DNA from: an uncultured virus (IMG/VR IMGVR_UViG_3300023184_000088)
Taxonomy: Duplodnaviria > Heunggongvirae > Uroviricota > Caudoviricetes
IMG/VR virus record: IMGVR_UViG_3300023184_000088
Coordinates: 1 to 64,000 of that record
Length of the DNA stretch: 64,000 nucleotides
Reading direction: 5' to 3' (one strand)
Below the pieces are notes generated by a model. That model searched no databases. It saw nothing but the letters and a program-made list of their open reading frames with translations, and was not told where the DNA came from. Of this stretch, positions 51,985 through 59,185 are shown one piece after another. How positions within the stretch are numbered: position 1 is the first letter of the stretch; each line of letters begins with the position of its first letter. A program made the position numbers and the translations under genes.

Positions 51985-52008
51985 GTTATCAGTTCAAATG
52001 TTTATTTT

Positions 52009-52374
52009 TTAATCTTTTAATACTTGTTTATCCCCAACCGGAGACGTGAATTTGGATGTTAATTTATCTAATCTTGAATCAAAATTTCTATATACATCAC
52101 TAAACATTTTATCTACGTCATCCATTCTTTTGTTGGTGTACATATTTGTTTCAGTATATAATCTATCAACCCTATCAATCTCACCATCAATACGACGGTT
52201 TAGAGAATCCCCACCACTATTAATATCATTAAAGATATGTCCTTGAACTTGTTCTAATTGTTTGCATTTATTTTTTAATCTGTTAATCTGAATGCACATT
52301 ATAACCATAACCACAACTCCCAGTACCCCGAGAACCAAACCTATACCCATAATGAACGATGTTAAATCTACCAT
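52009..52374 (-). CDS. Membrane-anchored coiled-coil protein
   Basis: N-terminal hydrophobic helix, 121 aa. Confidence 0.7.
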   Translation of the reverse strand: MVDLTSFIMGIGLVLGVLGVVVMVIMCIQINRLKNKCKQLEQVQGHIFNDINSGGDSLNRRIDGEIDRVDRLYTETNMYTNKRMDDVDKMFSDVYRNFDSRLDKLTSKFTSPVGDKQVLKD

Positions 52375-52434
52375 AATTTCTGTTTTTTATTTGTTTATTT
52401 TTGAACTGATAATTAATGATAATAAAAAAAGAGA

Positions 52435-52872
52435 CTATTTCAAGTCTCTCTTCATATCTCTTTCAATATCCCGAGATTTAATACTATCTCGTTTATCGTG
52501 TATCTTCTTCCCTTTGGCAAGAGCAATTTCCATTTTAATTAATCCGGTTTCATTTATGAAGACACGATAAGGAACGATGGTTACACCATTGATTAACTCA
52601 TTCTCCCACTTATTAAGTTCTTTTCGTTTGGCCAATAGTTTTCTATCCTTTACGGTCTCGTGGAAGGACCCAAACCCATAATCGGAGATATTCATCCCCT
52701 TTATAAATAACTCCCCGTTATTGAAATAACAATACCCTTCAGAGATGGATACCTTCCCCTGACGAATGGACTTTACCTCTGAACCAACTAGTTTGATTCC
52801 CACAATTAGTGTCTGTAGGAATGAATACTCAAACTTGGCTTTCTTATTGACTATGTTAATTGAATTTTTCAT
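52435..52872 (-). CDS. smpB: SsrA-binding protein SmpB (145 aa; true start 52872)
   Basis: NKKAKFEY...GIKLVGSEVKSIR...RKLL...KGKKIHDKR. Confidence 0.95.
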   Translation of the reverse strand: MKNSINIVNKKAKFEYSFLQTLIVGIKLVGSEVKSIRQGKVSISEGYCYFNNGELFIKGMNISDYGFGSFHETVKDRKLLAKRKELNKWENELINGVTIVPYRVFINETGLIKMEIALAKGKKIHDKRDSIKSRDIERDMKRDLK

Positions 52873-52902
52873 TGGACAAAGATAATATAAAAATTGATAT
52901 AA

Positions 52903-52937
52903 ACAAAAAAAGGTGATACAAATTAATGTATCACCTT
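52903..52937 (-). terminator. Terminator of the large ncRNA
   Basis: AAGGTGATACA...TGTATCACCTT then T-tract on minus strand. Confidence 0.85.
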
Positions 52938-53823
52938 CTTGGCTAATTAGGTTGAGATTAAACCTATTATTGAGAATCTTTAAAAGGATTATTAGTTCCC
53001 TCTGTATCCACACCCTTTTGGGATGTAATCCTCAGTGACGATTGGTTAGACCAATCACTCCTCGAGTCGTAAATTACTCTCTTATTACTACACTCTCTTT
53101 AATCTTGCGAACTAATTAATCCTTGCGGGATTAGAGGTTTTTGGTAAGAATACACATCAACTTGCGGTCTTTGTGTGCTATGGACGGCCCATAACTAAGT
53201 AGTCACCTTGTCATCTACGACTGACAGACACTTTTGCTTTTTTCTGTTTAGTTTTTCACCATGTTGAAAATAGTAATTGTGTTGTGGATGTGTCGAAGAA
53301 GGGGTCTGTCGTAAGCTTCGCTATCTTTTGGACAACAAAATACTAACCTCCTCCGTGTAATGTCCCCATTACGAAATTTCAAGTGTAGTTCATATCAACA
53401 TCTTGGTAGATGTTTGATAGGGATAAAATCGACACCACTCGTTCTTTATCTTACCTTTCGGTTTTAACTCAACTCTTATTTTGGAACCCGCAATTACATA
53501 TTTGGAAATATGTTTCTTACTTGGTTCCTATGGGTTATTCTTATTGGTGTTCCCACCTCAACCGGACAATCCACATTGCCAAGTTAGTATTCCATTTCCC
53601 TACGAAGTTATCCTCGGTACTACAGGACTACTAATATCCCACTTGCTTACTCGAGTTCGGTTTCCCAAACCCCAAAATTAGTAACACAACTAATTTCGGT
53701 TTATCCTGCTTTCGCAGTTTATTTAAAGATGATAAGCCACCTATTATCTTTGATACAACACCGAAGTGTTATAATGGATAATCTAAAATTTCTAAGAACG
53801 TCTTTAAGGTTTCCCTTAATTGT
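52903..53823 (-). ncRNA. Large (~920 nt) highly structured ncRNA, probably GOLLD-like
   Basis: Own promoter (TACCTTTG 53835-53828) and terminator (52903-52937); no credible ORF; many GNRA-capped hairpins; adjacent to tRNA genes. Confidence 0.7.
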
Positions 53824-53887
53824 TTTACAAAGGTAAGTGATTTTTTTCATTTGTCAAGCACTTTATAAAACTTTTTTTTAAAAAATA

Positions 53888-53981
53888 AAATGTGTTGTGT
53901 AAGCTCTACCACTGCAGCTAAACCTTGGTCACCAGGATTACGGTTGTTGGAATCGAACCAACGACTCTACACGACACATTT
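53888..53981 (-). ncRNA. Circularly permuted tRNA-like RNA (YrlA-like topology), copy 2
   Basis: Terminal stem AAATGTGTCGTGTA/TACACAACACATTT; T-arm GTTGG TTCGATT CCAAC precedes a closed acceptor-like stem and the D-arm GCTGC AGTGGTA GAGC. Confidence 0.75.
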
Positions 53982-53985
53982 ATAG

Positions 53986-54076
53986 TGGTATCAACGGGAC
54001 TCGAACCTGTGACACAGGGTTTTTCAGAACCCTTGCTCTACCAAGGGAAATAAATCTCCCACTGAGCTATAATACC
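53986..54076 (-). tRNA. tRNA-Phe(GAA)-like gene with a hairpin inserted in the D-loop and an 8-nt anticodon loop
   Basis: Acceptor GGTATTA/TGATACC-A; D-arm GCTC...TGGTA GAGC; anticodon stem AGGGT/ACCCT around TCTGAAAA; T-loop TTCGAGT; CCA not encoded. Confidence 0.8.
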
Positions 54077-54084
54077 ATATAAAA

Positions 54085-54168
54085 TAATGTGGGTGTATGC
54101 TCTACCATCTGAGCTACGGATTTGAAACCGGAGGGATTTGAAACCTCGACACAACACCCACACCATTA
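54085..54168 (-). ncRNA. Circularly permuted tRNA-like RNA (YrlA-like topology), copy 1
   Basis: Terminal stem TGTGGGTGT/ACACCCACA; T-arm GAGGT TTCAAAT CCCTC, closed CGG...CCG stem, TA, D-arm GCTC AGATGGTA GAGC. Confidence 0.75.
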
Positions 54169-54192
54169 ATTCAATGAACTTATTTTCTTCTA

Positions 54193-54224
54193 CAAAGATA
54201 ATACATTTATTTTAATCTGTCAAA
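54193..54224 (-). promoter_or_regulatory. Bacteroidota-type promoter for the tRNA/tRNA-mimic transcript
   Basis: TTTG...TATCTTTG on minus strand. Confidence 0.75.
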
Positions 54225-54240
54225 TCTTTTTTGATTTTTT

Positions 54241-54450
54241 TTAATTCATGTTATCCAAGAACATTTCAATAATCTCATCTTCCTCTTCATCTGTCCCCTC
54301 GGCTCCGTTAAGCCATTCTATGGTATCCACAGTGTAATCGTCCCAACTATCCCAGAACGCGTGAATTGTAAATTCTCTTCCATCCTCTGTTTGACCATCA
54401 TAATCGTAATTTGCAGAAGTTAGAACTTCGCTTGAATAATTTATTTCCAT
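54241..54450 (-). CDS. Small acidic hypothetical protein
   Basis: 69 aa, very D/E-rich. Confidence 0.65.
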   Translation of the reverse strand: MEINYSSEVLTSANYDYDGQTEDGREFTIHAFWDSWDDYTVDTIEWLNGAEGTDEEEDEIIEMFLDNMN

Positions 54451-54584
54451 TTTTTTTCTATTTTTAATTTTTTAATCCCCTCATTAATATCATTTGATAA
54501 CCACTCTTTCCACTCATCAAATGTAAATTTTGAATCCGGATTGTCTTTCAAATAATTTTTATATTGTGTCTCTAATGTCGCCAT
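54441..54584 (-). CDS. Small hypothetical protein
   Basis: Likely start MATLETQY; the ORF-track extension runs into the tRNA-like gene. Confidence 0.55.
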   Translation of the reverse strand: MATLETQYKNYLKDNPDSKFTFDEWKEWLSNDINEGIKKLKIEKKWK

Positions 54585-54598
54585 ATAATTTAAATTTG

Positions 54599-54701
54599 TA
54601 GTCAGGACAGGAATCGAACCTGTAAATATTGACTTGAACAATTGCTCGAAGTCTCAACGTCTACCACGCCAGGGACATCCCTAACCTTCCTCCACCTGAC
54701 T
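54599..54701 (-). ncRNA. tRNA-like RNA with D-loop hairpin insertion and no canonical anticodon loop
   Basis: Acceptor AGTCAGG/CCTGACT-A; perfect T-arm ACAGG TTCGATT CCTGT; long hairpin in place of the anticodon arm. Confidence 0.7.
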
Positions 54702-54848
54702 ATTTTTCGCTAATGTTAAAAACTGACTCAATCTTCCAAAAAAACATCAACTTGGTACTTACTATATCGGCTCCCCCATCCTAGTTATATATTTACCTGA
54801 AACTTCGGCCGGCTGTTGATTGACCACTCCCACCTACTCAAGTAGTTT

Positions 54849-55103
54849 TTACACACTCATCATCCAACCCATCCGGTTTTGAGATTGATACTCACTATAA
54901 GTACATTTTCTCATTGAGGAATAGTCGGGTCTCAACTTAACATGAGTCGGATATTTTTTCTCGTGTTCTTTACTCTCTCTTATCACCTTAGCATAAGCTT
55001 CTCTTTTACTTGGAGCCCACACATCATTAAATCCACCACCTATCCAATTAAACAAATAAAGGTATTCACCGTTAACACTTCTATACAATTTCTCTTTAGC
55101 CAT
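54849..55103 (-). CDS. Hypothetical protein
   Basis: Start MAKEKLY, downstream of TATCTTTG promoter (55134-55127). Confidence 0.65.
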   Translation of the reverse strand: MAKEKLYRSVNGEYLYLFNWIGGGFNDVWAPSKREAYAKVIRESKEHEKKYPTHVKLRPDYSSMRKCTYSEYQSQNRMGWMMSV

Positions 55104-55280
55104 AATGATTAGTTTTAAATCCGATACAAAGATAAGCATTAAATCCACACTTCCAAACTTTATTTCATTTTTTTTTAAAAAATTTTTTTACTATAACGAT
55201 TCCGTAGATTTATTTACTATTTTTCTTGACATGACGATGATATTTATATATAATTTAACAGAATAAAAAAACAAACTATT

Positions 55281-55457
55281 ATGAAAAAGTTATTATTGGC
55301 GATTGTTATCGCAGGGTCTTTGTCTCTAACTTCTTGTTGGAAAGGTACAAAAAATGAAGAATCAACAACAGAAGTTGCAACCGATACCACACAAGTGGAT
55401 TCAGTACAGGTTGATTCAGTGGAAGTGGATACTATAAAAGTAGATACGGTTAAGTAA
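55281..55457 (+). CDS. Small lipoprotein, 58 aa (absent from ORF track)
   Basis: MKKLLLAIVIAGSLSLTSC lipobox, then WKGTKNEESTTEVATDTTQVDSVQVDSVEVDTIKVDTVK; terminator follows. Confidence 0.85.
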   Translation: MKKLLLAIVIAGSLSLTSCWKGTKNEESTTEVATDTTQVDSVQVDSVEVDTIKVDTVK

Positions 55458-55461
55458 TCAG

Positions 55462-55489
55462 AAACCCCTCTTAACGGAGGGGTTTTTTT
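55462..55489. terminator. Terminator between convergent genes
   Basis: AAACCCCTC ttaacg GAGGGGTTT then T-tract. Confidence 0.85.
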
Positions 55490-56051
55490 ATTTTAAAAGT
55501 TGTTTAATTCTATTAATATCTTCATTAAGTTCATCGTCTTTTTTCTTTGGTTTGTCGGATAACGCTTTATTAATAAAAGATATTGGACTTAAAAGTATAT
55601 CGGTAAAAATGTCTGACCCACCGATTCTAGGTTCATTTGATTTTACAATAGGTTCTTTGGTTTTAGGCTCTTTGGTTTTAGGGTCTTTAACATTCTTGTT
55701 AAATTGATGACCACTTAAAAAATCACCAACATTTTGTTTTGATTTGTTTTTATTTAGTATTGAGAATGATATTTCTTTATCTGAAAAATATCCAATAGTG
55801 TGTCCTTGTTTTACTGTACTACCAATTCCAACAATAACTCTACCTATTTCACAAAAATCTGAATAAAATGTCTCCCCATTAACATTATGCTCAATACTAA
55901 GATTTCCATCACAACGATTAAAGGATGGTACAACTATACCATCATAAGGACTAACTAATCTATCGTTATCGTATGACGAAAGACTAACAGTTTTTGATAA
56001 CATACCTTGTTTTAATTCACCATTAGGTGAAGGTGAGATGAAATAATTCAT
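55488..56051 (-). CDS. M23 peptidase-like protein, Zn ligands apparently lost
   Basis: VSPYDGIVV...IEH...YSDFCEI...VGIGSTVKQGHTIG M23 scaffold without HxH. Confidence 0.55.
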   Translation of the reverse strand: MNYFISPSPNGELKQGMLSKTVSLSSYDNDRLVSPYDGIVVPSFNRCDGNLSIEHNVNGETFYSDFCEIGRVIVGIGSTVKQGHTIGYFSDKEISFSILNKNKSKQNVGDFLSGHQFNKNVKDPKTKEPKTKEPIVKSNEPRIGGSDIFTDILLSPISFINKALSDKPKKKDDELNEDINRIKQLLK

Positions 56052-56662
56052 TATAATAAATTTTTTATACGATTAATACTCTCAAGTATTCTTTTATTTT
56101 TAAAAAAATTTTCATTATTTAACGACATAATTTTTGATATTCCAGCCGATAATAAATCACCTCCAATCTCTGGTTGTCCATCAACATAGGTAATATCACC
56201 TTCATCACCGGTTAAATCGCTTTCTGTTGAACCTTTACCTTCTGGTTGACCACCTCTATATGATATATGAAAATGACCACCAGTTGCTTTAGAAGTTGGA
56301 CTTGTATATTCATCAATATATGAAAATCCATTGTATTTTGTCTTATATGAATCTAATAATGATTTAAAGTCTGAACGACACACACTATCTAAAGTCACAT
56401 CAACCGCCTCACCTTTAGTATGACGACTAGTATAACTTGTAATTTTTTTATGAAAAGAATCATTACCGGATGTAAAAGTTAAAGGACAATTACTTTTTAG
56501 TTTTTTCCAATCATCCATGAATTTAGATAATATGTCTAAAAAATCAGGTTGTAAATCACCACCAGAGGTTAATTCATTACCCTTTTCAACATTCCCAACA
56601 CTTTTAAGTTTAGATTTGAATTCTGATGAAGATATTTCTAATAATGTTATTAATTTTTTCAT
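56051..56662 (-). CDS. Peptidase M15-type peptidoglycan hydrolase
   Basis: SRHTKGEAVD and HFHISY Zn motifs. Confidence 0.8.
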   Translation of the reverse strand: MKKLITLLEISSSEFKSKLKSVGNVEKGNELTSGGDLQPDFLDILSKFMDDWKKLKSNCPLTFTSGNDSFHKKITSYTSRHTKGEAVDVTLDSVCRSDFKSLLDSYKTKYNGFSYIDEYTSPTSKATGGHFHISYRGGQPEGKGSTESDLTGDEGDITYVDGQPEIGGDLLSAGISKIMSLNNENFFKNKRILESINRIKNLL

Positions 56663-56663
56663 A

Positions 56664-57269
56664 TTATTGTTGTAGATGGTTCATTAAGACACCACCCAAT
56701 GAGGCTGAATACATTTTTAAATGTTGGATATCTTCTTCGTCAAGTTTAGTTTTTCTTTTTGTATAATCTAAACCTAATGTTCCAATATACTTTCCGTCAA
56801 TGGATTTGATTGGGAATAAGTATCCGGATTTACATCCGGTATCTTCAGCAACATATTTTAACCCAAAAGTCGCTATTGTTTCATCTTTATAATCTGCAAT
56901 TTCAATAGATTCGTTCTCTAATAAATAGTTGATAGATTTTGAAAATAAATTAACGGGGATATTTTGGAAGTTTGATTGGATGGATGAAACACCGGTTTTT
57001 ACTGTTTCGTAGATAACGCTAAACTTAGCCATTGATTTACCTGTTGGGTAAAAATTTCCACCATTATGAAATTGAGTCACCCAAACTCTATCGGGTTTTA
57101 ATTCGTCTTTGATACGGTCCAATTTAGTCATTACTAACTCACTAACTTTTAAAGTTTCTAAAACCATATCAGGTTTTTGACTCTTTTTATCTAATTTATT
57201 TTTAATAAATAATAATATAACTGGTCCTAAAACTCCCGTGATAAACGCTACTATTACTGATGTACTCAT
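56664..57269 (-). CDS. Putative holin: N-terminal TM helix + GAF-like domain (T4 T-like architecture)
   Basis: One TM helix; DRVWVTQFHNG...YLFPIKSIDGKYIGTLGLDY GAF-like; next to PG hydrolases. Confidence 0.6.
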   Translation of the reverse strand: MSTSVIVAFITGVLGPVILLFIKNKLDKKSQKPDMVLETLKVSELVMTKLDRIKDELKPDRVWVTQFHNGGNFYPTGKSMAKFSVIYETVKTGVSSIQSNFQNIPVNLFSKSINYLLENESIEIADYKDETIATFGLKYVAEDTGCKSGYLFPIKSIDGKYIGTLGLDYTKRKTKLDEEDIQHLKMYSASLGGVLMNHLQQ

Positions 57270-57307
57270 AATTTGTTAATATATCAAGATAAATAGTTTA
57301 AAAATAA

Positions 57308-57334
57308 AAAAAGTGAGGACAATTCCTCACTTTT
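57308..57334 (-). terminator. Rho-independent terminator
   Basis: AAAAGTGAGGA caat TCCTCACTTTT. Confidence 0.85.
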
Positions 57335-57345
57335 AGTCATTTTTC

Positions 57346-58371
57346 CTACAATTTTTTAAATTCCGGTTTGATTAGATTCCATATAATTTCGGAGTAATCT
57401 TTACGGTCAAACATCCTAAATAAAATACCTGATAAATGTTTAGGTTGTTGTGATACCCACTCAGCATACTCTTTTCTATCTGTGATGGGTTCTTTGTCGT
57501 TATATTTACCATACATTTTACCATCAAATTTTTTACCAGCATCTTCAGATATTTGGAAATAAAAATACCTTAATTCTTTTACATAATTTTTAATTTTGGT
57601 GTAAAATTCATCCGGAACATCTTTTAATAATTCCATTACATCTTCACCATTTTTTAAATATTCCCATATACCTGTTGTAGACACATTGGTCATAATTTTA
57701 TGAAGACGAAGATACTCAACACCTTTTACTTTAACTCTATCTCCATTTGAGAACTTCACCACGAACCCCTCTTGGTCGTTTTTAACCATTTCTTTTAATT
57801 GTTGGTAGTCCTTGATACCATCGTATTTTTTAACCACATCAAAACCCCACTCATCCCAATCTGACATGTCATAATCTTTACCCCAATTATCGAATGCTCC
57901 CAATAGGACCAGTTTCTCTTCACCTTTATAATCCAAAACAATTCTGTTTTCCGGGTAGATAATCTCAAAACAAAATGTCATATGTCTAAACATTATGTCT
58001 GTATTGTATTTCTTTAAGAGTTCTCTCGCTTTGATTGCTTGGTCTGATGTAAATGAACCACGAGTGGCAACCACCCATTGACCTTCATACCAAAATACGA
58101 TACCTAATGAACCATCCATTTTTTCATAAACTTCAAAGGTTTCAGTAGGAGTATATTTTCCTTCCTCAATATTAAAGAATTTTTTAAATGGTGTTGCAAC
58201 AATATCTCCTTTGTCGTCAGTAACTAAACCTCTTGTACTAAGAGTCACCTCATCCCACAGGTTCTCGTACTGAACTTTTTCAGAGTAGTTCCATATGGTT
58301 AATGGGAGTGTTGGATGTACTTGTTTGTAAAGTAATCCGTCTTCGTAATATTTGTTTAGTTTTTCTAACAT
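57346..58371 (-). CDS. RNA ligase, T4 Rnl1-like
   Basis: RGLV, FKKFFN, EKMDGSLG (motif I), ATRGSF, FEII, EGFVV, RVKVK..EY. Confidence 0.9.
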   Translation of the reverse strand: MLEKLNKYYEDGLLYKQVHPTLPLTIWNYSEKVQYENLWDEVTLSTRGLVTDDKGDIVATPFKKFFNIEEGKYTPTETFEVYEKMDGSLGIVFWYEGQWVVATRGSFTSDQAIKARELLKKYNTDIMFRHMTFCFEIIYPENRIVLDYKGEEKLVLLGAFDNWGKDYDMSDWDEWGFDVVKKYDGIKDYQQLKEMVKNDQEGFVVKFSNGDRVKVKGVEYLRLHKIMTNVSTTGIWEYLKNGEDVMELLKDVPDEFYTKIKNYVKELRYFYFQISEDAGKKFDGKMYGKYNDKEPITDRKEYAEWVSQQPKHLSGILFRMFDRKDYSEIIWNLIKPEFKKL

Positions 58372-58375
58372 AATT

Positions 58376-58513
58376 TTATTTTTTCTTTTTCTTTTTTTTA
58401 ATAGGTCTTTCAGGTCTTTCTAAATATCTTGGGGGTAAAGGGATTTGTCTTCCCCCTCTGAATACACATCCATTTCCCATCATGAGGAAGGACCAAATAA
58501 ACCACCCTATCAT
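58376..58513 (-). CDS. Small 45-aa ORF, hydrophobic N-terminus and poly-Lys tail (absent from ORF track)
   Basis: ATGA overlap with the kinase stop; MIGWFIWSFLMMGNG...PIKKKKKKK. Confidence 0.5.
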   Translation of the reverse strand: MIGWFIWSFLMMGNGCVFRGGRQIPLPPRYLERPERPIKKKKKKK

Positions 58514-58902
58514 AATTTTATTTCAAATCTATCTTTCATTTGGACTAATTTATCCTCCGGAACTCCGTGTTCATTGACACCACCGTGTCTATTTTCCACA
58601 ATGATGGAGAATACTTTATACCCGTATTTTGCTGCCAAGTCATAATATGGTTGCATTTCCCACTCTTGTGTGAATGTATTAGACACCACAACTTTATGTT
58701 CGTATTTCATCAAAAAATCAACTTCTTCTTGACACCAAGCGTGAGCATCTTTAATTTCAGATGGTTTGAAATTATAATTTCCATCTCTATCCACAAAGAA
58801 CATATCGGCTTCTTTGACATACCCTTTATTACCGGCAATAGATTTTGCCAATGTTGATTTACCACTTCCTGGTAATCCTCTCAATAAAAATAACTCTTTC
58901 AT
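58510..58902 (-). CDS. P-loop kinase (AAA_33 / polynucleotide kinase-like)
   Basis: LRGLPGSGKST, EADMFF, VVVSNTF, HGVP. Confidence 0.85.
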   Translation of the reverse strand: MKELFLLRGLPGSGKSTLAKSIAGNKGYVKEADMFFVDRDGNYNFKPSEIKDAHAWCQEEVDFLMKYEHKVVVSNTFTQEWEMQPYYDLAAKYGYKVFSIIVENRHGGVNEHGVPEDKLVQMKDRFEIKL

Positions 58903-58903
58903 T

Positions 58904-59185
58904 TTAATTTTTTAAATATTTCACAATCTTTTCAATTCCTTCGGTATCATCCGAATTAATAATAAATTCATCAAACGCTCCGTACTTACATTGATAACCA
59001 AAAATATATTTCAAACCATAACTAACTCTTTCCCAAAAAGGTCGTTTAGTTAAATGAGTGTGGATATATACCATTGGATGTTTCACACCATCAATTTCGT
59101 CTTCATCATACATTACCACCATTTGATGTTCTGTGTTATGACAAGAACAGATGAATAAATCTTTTTGTGTTTGTTTAATTTTCAT
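58904..59185 (-). CDS. Hypothetical protein
   Basis: 93 aa with CSC..EH motif. Confidence 0.65.
   Translation of the reverse strand: MKIKQTQKDLFICSCHNTEHQMVVMYDEDEIDGVKHPMVYIHTHLTKRPFWERVSYGLKYIFGYQCKYGAFDEFIINSDDTEGIEKIVKYLKN

Noticed and set aside
52873..53013. 47-aa N-terminal extension of SmpB in the ORF track
   Set aside because: It runs through the terminator and 3' end of the large ncRNA; promoter and homology point to ATG 52872
53410..53681. Short + strand ORFs 53410..53634 and 53481..53681
   Set aside because: Antisense to the structured RNA, mutually overlapping, no recognisable protein features
52903..53823. Large RNA as a self-splicing intron or rRNA fragment
   Set aside because: It has its own promoter and terminator, interrupts no gene, and I could not identify intron catalytic-core or rRNA signature sequences by eye
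53888..54168. Permuted elements as precursors of functional tRNAs (algal/archaeal-type permuted genes)
   Set aside because: Acceptor stems are too short or irregular and no anticodon loop can be rebuilt from the ends
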